Part shown: piece after piece, positions 1-9,613 of the stretch
Position numbering within the stretch: the stretch's first letter is position 1
Layout of the letters: each line of letters begins with the position of its first letter
Assembly (NCBI GenBank): GCA_027077875.1
Contig: JALWRB010000326.1
Span: forward strand, 1 to 50,667
Direction of reading: 5' to 3'
Length of the DNA: 50,667 bases
Source of the DNA: Candidatus Heimdallarchaeota archaeon
GTDB lineage: Archaea > Asgardarchaeota > Heimdallarchaeia > Heimdallarchaeales > Kariarchaeaceae
The notes under the pieces: model-generated
The model's database searches: none
The model's input: the letters and a program-made list of their open reading frames with translations, nothing else
Told to the model about the DNA's origin: nothing
Position numbers and translations under genes: made by a program

Positions 1-1784
1 GCGGAGAGCTCTATCTCCTACAGACCCGTCCCATCACCTCGCTGTATCCCATCGAGGGGCTGGAGTACCCCGAGGGGCAGTTAGGAATCTTCTTCAGCTC
101 GGGACACCAGCAGGGGATGACCAACGCCATGACCCCGCTGAGCAGGTCTGCACTGAGCATGATGGCACCCATAGGACAGGTAGAGGGAGAGTACAGGACG
201 AGGTACATGAGGAGTGCCGGCAGTAGATTGTTCATGGACATCACGCTTCTTCTCAGGCACAGGATACTCAGGAAGGGGGTGATGAGAGGGATATCCCAAT
301 TCGATATGCTTGCCCCCGAGGCCCTCCGTCAACTGATGAAGAGACCCGAGTTCAAGAGGTCGCCATCTGCCCACATCCCCCTATCCTTCGTTCCCAAGTT
401 CATGGGATTCGGCCGCAGGCTATACCTCGGCATTTGGAAGAAGAACCATTCGGGGTTCTTGGAGAGGACAAATGCCCTGATCAGGAAGAGGGTCTTCTCC
501 TTTGAGGACCGGCTGCAGCAGACCCCTGTCGGTAAGGAGAGACTTGAGGTGATAACGAGGGAGATGCAGGGGTTCTTCTCCTTCATCTTTGAGTTCTGGA
601 TACCAGAAGCAGCGGCGGGTATTGCCGCCACTAAGATGCTGGAGGAGGACACGGAGAAGTGGCTCGGAGAGGAAGCCTCGCACGAGATCAGCCTCGGGAT
701 TCCGGGCAATGTGATCAACGAGATGAACCTCATGCTCGGTGACATTGCAGAATACGTGAAGGCGCACCCCGATCTTAAGGATGCCTTCGAGAGTATGGGG
801 GACGACGTGGCAGGGTGGTTCGAGAAGGTCGAGGGACTGGAAGGCTCGAGCGGTTTCATGAAGATGTGGAGCAGGTTCATGGATACCTACGGTATGAGGG
901 GAGCATCCGAGATCGACATGGCCTCACCCCGTTGGTACGAGGATCCGCTACCCGTCCTCAAGGTGATTGCAGATAATGTCAACAGGGAGGAGAGCTACCG
1001 GCAGAGGTTCGAGAAGCAGGCGGCTCGGAGGGAGGAGGTGTTCGAGCAGCTGCTCAAGACGGCAGGTAGAGGATTTCTGGGAAGACGTGAGAAGAGGCTC
1101 AGAAGGCTGTACTCCACAATGGTCGAGATCGGAGGGATGAGGGAACACCACAAGTTCGCCGCTGTGAAGTACATGGCGGTTATCAAGGAGAGCCTCAAGG
1201 CAGTGGCGGAAGAGTTGGTCAGACGAGATCTCATCCAGTCATCCGACGACATCTGGTTCCTCGAATGGGGGGAGCTAATTAGGATCTGGGAGGACAGTGG
1301 TACGGACTGGAAGAAGCTCGTTGAGGAGAGAAGACAGGAGCACATCCGTGACCAGAGGCTCTCTCCACCGATTATCATCACCAGTGACGGAGAGACCCCG
1401 TTCGTGGATTACACGGTGAAGGACGCACCCGAGGGAGCCCTGCTTGGAAACCCCGTGTCCTCGGGGGTTGTAGAGGGGACTGTCCACGTCATCCACGATC
1501 CGGTTGCGGAGAACCTGTCCCCGGGTGAGATCCTCGTGACCAAGTTCACAGACCCGGGCTGGACACCGCTGTTCATCAATGCCGGAGCCGTGGTTCTGGA
1601 GGTCGGAGGTGCGCTCACCCACGGCGCAGTCGTTGCCCGTGAGTACGGGATACCCGCGGTCGTGGGAGTGAGGAACGCGACCTCGGAGCTGAGGACTGGT
1701 CAGAGAATCAGGGTGGACGGGAACCGTGGGATCGTCGAGGTACTGGAGGAAGAGACACCAGAATCTGGACATCCCAGACCATAA
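1..1784 (+). CDS. Rifampin-phosphotransferase (RPH)-like / PEP-synthase-family phosphotransferase, 5'-truncated by the window edge
   Basis: The frame is open from nt 3 and reads GELYLLQTRPITSLYP (end of the PPDK-type ATP-grasp domain), then GHQQGMTNAMTPL (RPH-like). The C-terminal phosphohistidine swivel domain has TDPGWTPLF and GALTHGAVVAREYGIPAVVGV. Confidence 0.85.
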   Translation, partial: GELYLLQTRPITSLYPIEGLEYPEGQLGIFFSSGHQQGMTNAMTPLSRSALSMMAPIGQVEGEYRTRYMRSAGSRLFMDITLLLRHRILRKGVMRGISQFDMLAPEALRQLMKRPEFKRSPSAHIPLSFVPKFMGFGRRLYLGIWKKNHSGFLERTNALIRKRVFSFEDRLQQTPVGKERLEVITREMQGFFSFIFEFWIPEAAAGIAATKMLEEDTEKWLGEEASHEISLGIPGNVINEMNLMLGDIAEYVKAHPDLKDAFESMGDDVAGWFEKVEGLEGSSGFMKMWSRFMDTYGMRGASEIDMASPRWYEDPLPVLKVIADNVNREESYRQRFEKQAARREEVFEQLLKTAGRGFLGRREKRLRRLYSTMVEIGGMREHHKFAAVKYMAVIKESLKAVAEELVRRDLIQSSDDIWFLEWGELIRIWEDSGTDWKKLVEERRQEHIRDQRLSPPIIITSDGETPFVDYTVKDAPEGALLGNPVSSGVVEGTVHVIHDPVAENLSPGEILVTKFTDPGWTPLFINAGAVVLEVGGALTHGAVVAREYGIPAVVGVRNATSELRTGQRIRVDGNRGIVEVLEEETPESGHPRP

Positions 1785-2961
1785 CCCTTTATTCTCTGCA
1801 AGAATAAGGGAGTTCGTGAAGCTCTTCCAGACAGCTATCGTCCTGTCGATTCTGTCGAATCCACTGATCCTCTTCGCTGATTTCGGGGTGATCGATAGCC
1901 TGGTTAACGTTCTCCTTCTGACAGCGACCTCGGCCTATATCGTGACACTCATGCTCAACCTTGGGATATCGGGTGGCTTCCCGTACACGAGGTCGACGCA
2001 TGACCTGACAAGGCTCCTCTCGATGAACTATCTCCCGATATACTCCGCCACCTACCTCTTCTCTGTCCTGACGAACTTTGAGCTGATCCGCCTCCTCCTT
2101 GGCGTGCTGATGGTGGTGAGCAACAGCTACGTTCGCTACGTCCATCACACGGGAGAATTGCGTCGGGTATTCGACGGGACATACCGTCGGTGGGAGGATG
2201 TTGCCACCTACCCAGACTATGCCTTCCGGGGGAAAGACCTCATGCAGTCCGACCTCATTTTCGCCCTGCTCTCAGCCTACATCTACCTCACGACCACGGA
2301 GTTTCTGGAGATGATGTACTCGTGGAATAGTACCATCGATCGGAAGGAGCTGGTGGTCTCTGAGAGCAGCACCCTGCTCTTCATGATACTCCTCCCAGCC
2401 TCCGCGGTGGGGATCTTCACCGTGGTGAGTGATCTCAGGAGTGAGTACCACCTCCTCACCGCAGGGGTGATCCTGTTCGAGGTCCTCAGAGGATTTAGTA
2501 CATGGACGACCCCGATTATGGTCAGTGTCGTGATGATGGTCATAGCGGTTCGACGGTACTTCATGACCTCTGGGGCCATTTCTGTGGTGGAGGACGAGCA
2601 GGGAGATCGCATGCTGTGGTACACCCTGATCCTTCACCTATCGGGAACCCTCGTTTTGCTACCGGCCCGAGCTGTACCTTCCCCGTTCTACGAACCGGTT
2701 CTTCCCGCCATCCTACTCGTCGGATTCCTCACCCTCTTCTTGATCCTTACCGGAAGAGGAGCCATTGTACCTGCAGGGCTCTACCTCGTGCTGAGCTCTG
2801 TCACACTCCTCCTTCCCGAGCCACCCACGGTCTTCTACGGGGTTCATCCTTGGTACTCCAAGTTCATCGACGGGCTATCCCTCGTGGTGAGTGTCTTCTC
2901 ATTGGTGATCATCTACCTTCTCTGGAAGTCAGAGAAACAGACAAGAAGCCGATTGGAATAG
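1726..2961 (+). CDS. Polytopic membrane protein of unknown function (true start probably the GTG near 1817)
   Basis: 411-aa ORF with about 10-12 hydrophobic segments and host-like codon usage. The annotated start overlaps the upstream gene. Confidence 0.65.
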   Translation: MGSSRYWRKRHQNLDIPDHNPLFSARIREFVKLFQTAIVLSILSNPLILFADFGVIDSLVNVLLLTATSAYIVTLMLNLGISGGFPYTRSTHDLTRLLSMNYLPIYSATYLFSVLTNFELIRLLLGVLMVVSNSYVRYVHHTGELRRVFDGTYRRWEDVATYPDYAFRGKDLMQSDLIFALLSAYIYLTTTEFLEMMYSWNSTIDRKELVVSESSTLLFMILLPASAVGIFTVVSDLRSEYHLLTAGVILFEVLRGFSTWTTPIMVSVVMMVIAVRRYFMTSGAISVVEDEQGDRMLWYTLILHLSGTLVLLPARAVPSPFYEPVLPAILLVGFLTLFLILTGRGAIVPAGLYLVLSSVTLLLPEPPTVFYGVHPWYSKFIDGLSLVVSVFSLVIIYLLWKSEKQTRSRLE

Positions 2962-3043
2962 ATTATAAAAAAAATACTAATTAATTATCGATAAGCAAGA
3001 CATGATCAATAGGGTTTATAACAAGTCGATTCCTTCCCAGTCA

Positions 3044-3727
3044 ATGAAGTTTAAATTAACTTTGTTCGTGCTTAGTATAGGGCTGCTCATCGCCACCGCA
3101 CCCGCGGTCAGGGCAGCAGAGACGGGTACTTTGAAATACACGGACGGCCTTAAGGTCGGTGACAAGCTCGAGTACACCTTGACAATCGATGACAACTATG
3201 ACGACAAGATCGATGCAAAGTCGGGAGACAAGACCACCTACGAGCTAATGGAGGTATACACTGATGCATCAGCAGAACTCGACACATTTTTGTTCACCAC
3301 GCTCAGCTACAACCCAACCGGGATGTGGAAGGCCACCTACCCCAATGGGACGACTGAGGAGGGCTCAGACTTCGATCTCGTGTTCCCCACCAGTTTCGAG
3401 ATGGACAATGGCACCACGCTCGGGGCCGCGGATACCATCGCGCTCGCCACAGGACTGTATAGCATTGGTGATACGTCGGAAGTGGATGGAGTTGTCAAAA
3501 TCCACATTGTCTTCTTCATCGTTCTCGATATTGAGTTCGACGCATCCACGGGGATTCTCCAGAAGCAGGTGCTCGAGGACTCTGACGGTGACGGCAAGAT
3601 CACCATTGAACTCACCAAAGGTGGTTCAGCTAACGCCTTGCCTGCATACGACCTCCCGGTTTTCATCGCACTGGCCATGACTGCTACCTCATTTGCCTTA
3701 TTGAGAAAAAGACGCTCCTCTCAATGA
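3044..3727 (+). CDS. Secreted/surface protein with N-terminal signal peptide and C-terminal TM anchor plus basic tail
   Basis: MKFKLTLFVLSIGLLIATAPAVRA signal-like N-terminus, acidic Thr-rich body, and C-terminal LPAYDLPVFIALAMTATSFALLRKRRSSQ. TTTATAA at 3015-3021 precedes ATG 3044. Confidence 0.75.
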   Translation: MKFKLTLFVLSIGLLIATAPAVRAAETGTLKYTDGLKVGDKLEYTLTIDDNYDDKIDAKSGDKTTYELMEVYTDASAELDTFLFTTLSYNPTGMWKATYPNGTTEEGSDFDLVFPTSFEMDNGTTLGAADTIALATGLYSIGDTSEVDGVVKIHIVFFIVLDIEFDASTGILQKQVLEDSDGDGKITIELTKGGSANALPAYDLPVFIALAMTATSFALLRKRRSSQ

Positions 3728-4007
3728 CCTCCGTCGTAGTTGTGAAAAGGACGATGCAGGAGACTTGTCTGGACAAGGAGATCGAGCTCTACTCGGAGTT
3801 CCTTACGGTCGACTGGATGAACGTTACACCCAGATGGATCGCCCTTAGCATGAGAAACGCAGGCACCGATCCGAAGGTCCGGATGTGCATAGCATCGATC
3901 TTCCTCCCGTTCTAGTTAGTCCTACCTATTTAAGGATCATTTTCTATGTTTTGAGCAGGTATCCTTCCCTCATAAGATACATCAAGCGGATAACTCATGA
4001 AGATAGA

Positions 4008-4169
4008 TTACATGTAGTCAGACTCTGTCTCGGATCTCCACTCATGACCACAGTGCTCACAGTAGTAGTTGTACCAGACGTCGCCGTACCCCCCACCCGT
4101 GTACTCCTGCTCTTGGTCATAGCTGACATTCTGCGATCCGCACTTTGGACAGCGTAGTTCATCCTGCAT
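4008..4169 (-). CDS. 53-aa zinc-ribbon protein (TFIIS-C/TFS-like ribbon), missing from the ORF track
   Basis: Manual translation: MQDELRCPKCGSQNVSYDQEQEYTGGGYGDVWYNYYCEHCGHEWRSETESDYM. Two CxxC pairs; divergent from queC. Confidence 0.75.
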   Translation of the reverse strand: MQDELRCPKCGSQNVSYDQEQEYTGGGYGDVWYNYYCEHCGHEWRSETESDYM

Positions 4170-4246
4170 ACTTATTCATACGGCCCGCAGGGATTTAGCT
4201 TTTTCTCCTCCGCATGATTTAATAGCGGGAGTTGTGAGGGGAATCT

Positions 4247-4975
4247 GTGACTAACAACAAGGTGCTGGCAATCGTCTCGGGAGGTCTGGACAGCACTACA
4301 ATGCTGTGGAAACTACAGGCAGACGGCTACGAGGTCATGGAGACGATCTCGTTCAACTACGGGCAGAGACACACCAAGGAGCTCGACGGTCTGGAGAAGA
4401 TCCTTAGTGCATTTGAGGAGCAGTTCGGAAGGGAAATTGAATCCAAGGTGGTCGACATCAGAGTCATGAGGGATCTAGCGGAGGCAGGAGCCGTCATGGG
4501 CAACGAGGAGTTACCAAAGCAGGCATATGACGCCGAGACGCAGAGGGTGACAATTGTCCCTAACAGGAATGCTGTCTTCATCAATCTGGCTGCAGCTAGG
4601 GCGGTGGCAATGGAGTACCGGTATGTTGCTTACGCAGCTCACAGCAACGATCACAGCGTCTACCCGGACTGCCGCCCTGAGTTCGTAGAAGCGATGGACA
4701 GGGCATTAGAACTCGCTAATGCATGGACGCCGGTGAACCTCATGGCACCTTTTGTCAACAGCTCGAAGGCGGATATCGTCAGGGTTGGCAAGGAGCTAGG
4801 AGTCCCGTTTGAGCTCACGTGGAGCTGTTACGAGGGGGGAGATCGCCCCTGCCTTCAGTGCGGTACCTGCATCGAGAGGACTTCCTCCTTTGTGCAGGCG
4901 GGCACCCCAGATCCACTGCTCACTTCCAAGGAATGGGAGGAGGCCAAAACTTACCTCCCGGCTCCCGAGCAGTGA
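4247..4975 (+). CDS. queC: 7-cyano-7-deazaguanine (preQ0) synthase
   Basis: SGGLDS, YGQRH, VPNRN, YPDCRPEF and TWSCY...CLQCGTC motifs. GTG start about 25 nt after TTTAATA. Confidence 0.95.
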   Translation: MTNNKVLAIVSGGLDSTTMLWKLQADGYEVMETISFNYGQRHTKELDGLEKILSAFEEQFGREIESKVVDIRVMRDLAEAGAVMGNEELPKQAYDAETQRVTIVPNRNAVFINLAAARAVAMEYRYVAYAAHSNDHSVYPDCRPEFVEAMDRALELANAWTPVNLMAPFVNSSKADIVRVGKELGVPFELTWSCYEGGDRPCLQCGTCIERTSSFVQAGTPDPLLTSKEWEEAKTYLPAPEQ

Positions 4976-5040
4976 TACACTTTCCAGATTATCACACTAC
5001 AACCAGTTAAATTTATATTTTCAGCACAACATAATAAATT

Positions 5041-6450
5041 GTGTACGAGAGTTACAATAAAATCAGGGAACGAAAGGAACAGCAAGAGAGGAACCTCCCA
5101 AAGGTGGATGATCGGGCTATCCTCTACCTCTCACTAGCTCTTCTTGTCGAGTTCTTCGCCTTCGAGCCAATCTCTGGAGGTACTGCGTTCAACTCTGGCC
5201 CAGGGCTTGGTCTCTACCTTGGTCTGGCCCTCTTCCCATACCTCCTCAGCTTGGTTGTGGTTGCTGGATTGCTCACGGAGGCAATCTTGCCCTCGTCTGT
5301 CGAGTGGTTTGCGAGGGGTATACTCATGTTCCTCATGGCGTTTGGGATAATCGGGGCGATCTTGGCTCTTACAAAAGCGATACAGTTCTACCTCGTTCTC
5401 AACCCTGTACTGACGCCTATTCCGATCGTGGCGATTGGTGCCTCGATCTATATCCTTCTCAACCTGAAGAGAGGAATCACGGGTGTCATGCAGGCAAGGG
5501 GAGAAGCGGTCTCACTCGCTCTGGAGGAGGAGTACGGCCTGAACCTTGAACCCAGCAAGAGAGTAGTGATGTACAAGCTACTCTTCGTGTTCTTCACCTA
5601 CCTTGAATTCATCTACCTCCTCTTCATTCCTTTCAGATCGGAGAACCCTTCGGAACCACTGGCCTCCCTCAGGATAAGGGATCCTCCACCCGTGTACGCC
5701 GTGCAGAACTACATCGGTACGGAGCTCTGGGTAAGACTCCCTGCATTTGTCCTCATCTCCGCCCTTGGCTTCGCACTATTCATCAAGCCCGTACCTCGGA
5801 AGGTGATGCTGGGTATCAGCCTCTTCAACTTCATCTCTGCCCTCTTGTACATGGTTGAATACCCGCTGTTCGAGACGGTCATTCTCATCCTTGCGGTTTA
5901 CATGTACAGGGATCCAGAGATCTCCAAGCATATGGAGAGCTATGCCGAGGAGACCATCAGGGAGAAAGAGGGCATGGGTGAAAGACCGAGGAGGATTACT
6001 CTTGCACTCGTGGCAATCGTCACGGGATTCGCCATCTCTTCAACCCATGTTCCGGAGGAGATTATCGCTTACTACCAACCTAACCTCACACCAATCGAGA
6101 GCTTTTTCAACGTCTACTCCTTTCTCCCATCGATCCTCGTTGCAGGGGTGTTTCTATGTCTCTTAAGCCTGAAAGACAGAGTCCTGAGCTACCCTATCGC
6201 ACTGATGGTTGTGGCAGACGTGGTCATGCTCCTCCTTGGAAGTAGAGCATACAAGATCGGATATATCTACACGGACGGTACGTACAAAATCGGAGTAGCT
6301 GACTACATCAGCTTTGCACTATTCGCGGTGGGGCTCGTAGTCCTCCTATCACCCAAGGTCCTTAAGGACAGGGTGAATACCTTCAAGATTGCACATGAGC
6401 TTCGGGTTGAGCAGCACAGCAGGACACGTTCAGAAGAAGTCGTCGAGTGA
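5041..6450 (+). CDS. Polytopic membrane protein of unknown function
   Basis: 469-aa ORF with many TM-like segments and no recognised motif. Confidence 0.7.
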   Translation: MYESYNKIRERKEQQERNLPKVDDRAILYLSLALLVEFFAFEPISGGTAFNSGPGLGLYLGLALFPYLLSLVVVAGLLTEAILPSSVEWFARGILMFLMAFGIIGAILALTKAIQFYLVLNPVLTPIPIVAIGASIYILLNLKRGITGVMQARGEAVSLALEEEYGLNLEPSKRVVMYKLLFVFFTYLEFIYLLFIPFRSENPSEPLASLRIRDPPPVYAVQNYIGTELWVRLPAFVLISALGFALFIKPVPRKVMLGISLFNFISALLYMVEYPLFETVILILAVYMYRDPEISKHMESYAEETIREKEGMGERPRRITLALVAIVTGFAISSTHVPEEIIAYYQPNLTPIESFFNVYSFLPSILVAGVFLCLLSLKDRVLSYPIALMVVADVVMLLLGSRAYKIGYIYTDGTYKIGVADYISFALFAVGLVVLLSPKVLKDRVNTFKIAHELRVEQHSRTRSEEVVE

Positions 6451-7254
6451 TAGCTGTGGCATAAAGCCCTCGGCATTAAGCCCCCGTCTCTCGAGCTCTT
6501 GATGGATCTTACGAGCATCAGCAGGAGCATTTCCAGAGAACTGGTTGGAAACAAAGATATAGACCATTCGGGTACGCTCGTCGAACGCCTTAAGAATGTC
6601 AACCAGCGTACTGATCTCAACCCTGCGGTCGAGTGACTTTTTCCCCACCTCATCGTCCCCTAGTTCCCGCGCATCACTGAAAAGGCGGATGTAGATATCG
6701 GGACCAAGGTGATCGAGATGCATGCTCAGCTGTCTGCTCAAACTGGCATGAAGGAAAGGTGTGGCAACCAGAATGCAGTCCTCCAATAGCTTGTAGGTGC
6801 TCTCCTCGAACCACGAGAGGGACCTGAGCTCCACAGCTATTCGTGCGCGGGTCAGGGTCTTAGTCGCCCTGATTAACCGGATGAGGAACTGGGTATTTGC
6901 AGTGGTCTGGATAAACGTCGGGGGCATCTGAAATAGGACGAATCCTAACTTCTCCCCCAGTTCCTCCATGGTCTTCAGGAAGGTGGTGAGAAGTTGGGAA
7001 TCAAAGTTCCAGATACCAGATTGGTGACTGATATTCATGGGTGTCTTTACACTGAAAGAGAAGTCAGGGGGAGTCCTGCTGTGCCAGTCCTTGACCAGCG
7101 ACTTCTTCGGGATCTCGTAGAAGGTACTATTGACCTCCACAACTGGCGACTCATTGGCGTAGTACTCTAGGTAGTTCTGGGTGTGGTAGGGGTAGAATGA
7201 ACCTTTCCAGAAATCGTAACTCCAACCAGAGGTCCCGATAAAGTACTTCGCCAC
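6430..7254 (-). CDS. DUF72 (YecE/UPF0759) family protein
   Basis: IGTSGWSY, VEVNSTFY, FSFSVK, LFQMPP and AVELRS motifs. Confidence 0.9.
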   Translation of the reverse strand: MAKYFIGTSGWSYDFWKGSFYPYHTQNYLEYYANESPVVEVNSTFYEIPKKSLVKDWHSRTPPDFSFSVKTPMNISHQSGIWNFDSQLLTTFLKTMEELGEKLGFVLFQMPPTFIQTTANTQFLIRLIRATKTLTRARIAVELRSLSWFEESTYKLLEDCILVATPFLHASLSRQLSMHLDHLGPDIYIRLFSDARELGDDEVGKKSLDRRVEISTLVDILKAFDERTRMVYIFVSNQFSGNAPADARKIHQELERRGLNAEGFMPQLSLDDFF

Positions 7255-7337
7255 AGGGATGTCATAGGTCGGTTCGGATATAACGTTTCTGTGGTCCTCT
7301 CGGATTCGGGTAGTATTCTGCAGAGATGTACAAAGAC

Positions 7338-8225
7338 TTAGGAGCTTTCATCCTCAGATCGGATTTCAGAGTTGGCATCCGTCTTCTCCTCGGTCGCCCT
7401 CTTCAGATCGTCGAGACTGCTCATCTTCTTGAGCCTGTTGAGCTCCTTGAGCTTCTCTGCGAGCTCCTCCTTGTGTTTCTCCAGTCCTTCACGCATATTC
7501 TCCTTGAGCTCGATGATCTCCTCTCCCAGCGTGCTGAGGACCTCGTCCCTGATGTCGTTGAAGTCGGATGTGGGTTTCACCCCCTCTAGCCCCTTCCTGA
7601 ACTCCTCTATCTCCTCTTTGACCTCCTGTATGTCCTCCTTAAACTCAGCGATACCTTCCTCGATCTCGGAGCGTACGCTCTCCAGCTCATCCTTGATCTC
7701 GGACTTCACACCGTTTATCTCCTCCTCGATCTCCACCTTGACGTCCTTGAACCTGTTCAAACCTGCACCCTTTGTCTTCTCGATGAGGTCAATGATCTCA
7801 CGAGCGAGCTGCTGGATCTGCTCCTCACGGACATGAGTGAACGATTCTCTCAGCCGTTCCTCAATCATCTCAAGACTGTCTTCGAGGTGAATATTGACAC
7901 CGACGGAGCCGCTGACATTCAGCCGTTCCCTGATGAGGGAACCAACCTTCTGTTCGAAGTCCTTATTGAGCTCCTTCAGTCCTACATTCGCTATCTCGAC
8001 TGCCATCTTTACCGTCGAACCAATTGTCTTCTCCAGACCCTTGAAGACCTCTTCGAGACCGAGGGAAATCGAGCCTAAGTTGATGCCCTCCGGTGTCACG
8101 TCAAACGGGACCTCATCTTCCGAGGTCTCCTCGAATCCCGTGCTCTCGATATGTGTTGACTCCAGTTCTTCCTTGACACTCTCGACCCTCTTGCGGATCT
8201 TCTCGAGTTCGTCTTCAAGACTCAT
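7338..8225 (-). CDS. Acidic coiled-coil / amphipathic-helix protein of unknown function
   Basis: E/K/I/L-rich 295-aa ORF with helical repeat periodicity. Confidence 0.75.
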   Translation of the reverse strand: MSLEDELEKIRKRVESVKEELESTHIESTGFEETSEDEVPFDVTPEGINLGSISLGLEEVFKGLEKTIGSTVKMAVEIANVGLKELNKDFEQKVGSLIRERLNVSGSVGVNIHLEDSLEMIEERLRESFTHVREEQIQQLAREIIDLIEKTKGAGLNRFKDVKVEIEEEINGVKSEIKDELESVRSEIEEGIAEFKEDIQEVKEEIEEFRKGLEGVKPTSDFNDIRDEVLSTLGEEIIELKENMREGLEKHKEELAEKLKELNRLKKMSSLDDLKRATEEKTDANSEIRSEDESS

Positions 8226-8327
8226 CTAGGGTCTCATCCTCCTTCACCTTCTTAAGTTCTCTTTTCCGGAAATCGGAGAATACACCATTCAGGAGGAGGG
8301 GTGTGACGATCACTGAACATCAACTTC

Positions 8328-8726
8328 TCACATGTCGTCCATATCGTCGACATCCACATCGTCGATGTCCACATCGATGGTGACCCCCATGTCTGAGCCA
8401 AGGCTCTCGTCAACTATGTCCTCCACGACCTCCTCAATTACCACACCTACTCCCTCGAGAACCTCACCTACTGACTCCATGACACATTCCACACCCTGAA
8501 GCGAGACCTCAATTTCTTTGAAGATACCACCGGAGAGACCACCTAGTGTGGTATGGATTGCACTATCTGCATTTTCAAGAGCCGTGTGTACTACTGCACG
8601 TATCCCATCGGGAAACACCCCGTGAAGACAGTCATCGATGTCGTCGGACTCGGGGATCTTCATGTTGTTTATACGTTGTCTGGTCTCTTCGACCTTGTTG
8701 CGGATGTACTCAAATTCGTCCTGCAT
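8328..8726 (-). CDS. Very acidic small protein, probable paralog of the adjacent coiled-coil protein
   Basis: N-terminus QDEFEYIRNKVEETRQ resembles EDELEKIRKRVESVKE of 7338-8225. Asp-rich tail DVDIDDVDVDDMDDM. Confidence 0.7.
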   Translation of the reverse strand: MQDEFEYIRNKVEETRQRINNMKIPESDDIDDCLHGVFPDGIRAVVHTALENADSAIHTTLGGLSGGIFKEIEVSLQGVECVMESVGEVLEGVGVVIEEVVEDIVDESLGSDMGVTIDVDIDDVDVDDMDDM

Positions 8727-8803
8727 AGTATACTCTAGAGCTGAAATTTATTTAAGGAGGTGTAAAATTCATGCTGTATGGTATTCACTCAGAGGTGTAA
8801 CGT

Positions 8804-9613
8804 GTGAGCGGAAAGTCGGTGCTCGTCACGGGAGCCAGCAGCGGTATAGGACGGGCAACAGTGGAAGAACTCCACAAGACCGGCTACATGGTGCACGCAA
8901 CCGTGAGGAAGCAGGAAGACGCGGATATCCTTCAGGACGATTTGGATGGGGTAGTGACACACATCGTTGACCTGACCGACTCCGCGGGGATAGAACAACT
9001 GGCAGATTCGATTGGGGAGCTCTATGGACTGGTGAACAACGCAGGCGTGGCCCTGCCTAGTGCAGTGCTCAAGGACGACATGCCCTCCCTGAGAATGACC
9101 ATGGAGGTGAACTTCTTCGCACCGGTGCATCTGACCTCCCTCCTACTCCCAAAGCTCATTGAGAGCAAGGGCATCGTGGTGAACATGTCCTCGGTGTCAG
9201 GCAGGTTCGCACTCCCGTTCTTCCACCCATATGCGTCGAGCAAGTACGCCTTGGAGGCATTCTCCGACTCCTTGAGAAGGGAGGTTAATCATCTCGGGAT
9301 ACGTGTGGTCGTGATCCAACCCGGGAGGGTGAAGACCCCGATCTGGAAGAAGGGCACATCCGTCGATCTCACTCGCTACGAGGGGACACCGTACGAGAAG
9401 AGTGTCAAGCACGCACTTCCCCAAGCTGTGAACAACAAAGGACTGGAGCCTTCTGAAGTCGCCAAGCTCGTCTGCAAGGTGATGAGGAAAAAGAGACCGA
9501 GACCACGTTACCTGATAGCTGAGAGAACCTTGTTGTTCAAGCTTATGCCCCTGCTCCCTACGTGGCTTGTTGACCGGATGATGAGGAAGCAGATGGGACT
9601 TGAACGAGGATGA
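8804..9613 (+). CDS. Classical short-chain dehydrogenase/reductase (SDR)
   Basis: TGASSGIG, NNAG, catalytic S and YASSK (YxxxK), IQPG. Confidence 0.92.
   Translation: MSGKSVLVTGASSGIGRATVEELHKTGYMVHATVRKQEDADILQDDLDGVVTHIVDLTDSAGIEQLADSIGELYGLVNNAGVALPSAVLKDDMPSLRMTMEVNFFAPVHLTSLLLPKLIESKGIVVNMSSVSGRFALPFFHPYASSKYALEAFSDSLRREVNHLGIRVVVIQPGRVKTPIWKKGTSVDLTRYEGTPYEKSVKHALPQAVNNKGLEPSEVAKLVCKVMRKKRPRPRYLIAERTLLFKLMPLLPTWLVDRMMRKQMGLERG

Noticed and set aside
3724-3915. 63-aa ORF overlapping the upstream stop codon
   Set aside because: Codon usage looks host-like but there is no recognisable motif. It may be a gene remnant and I cannot support a call.
4247-4975. QueC as part of a defence system (Dpd, QatABCD or CBASS type IV)
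   Set aside because: It has canonical length and motifs and no adjacent TGT/DpdA, TatD or cyclase genes. Housekeeping preQ0/archaeosine synthesis is the simpler explanation.
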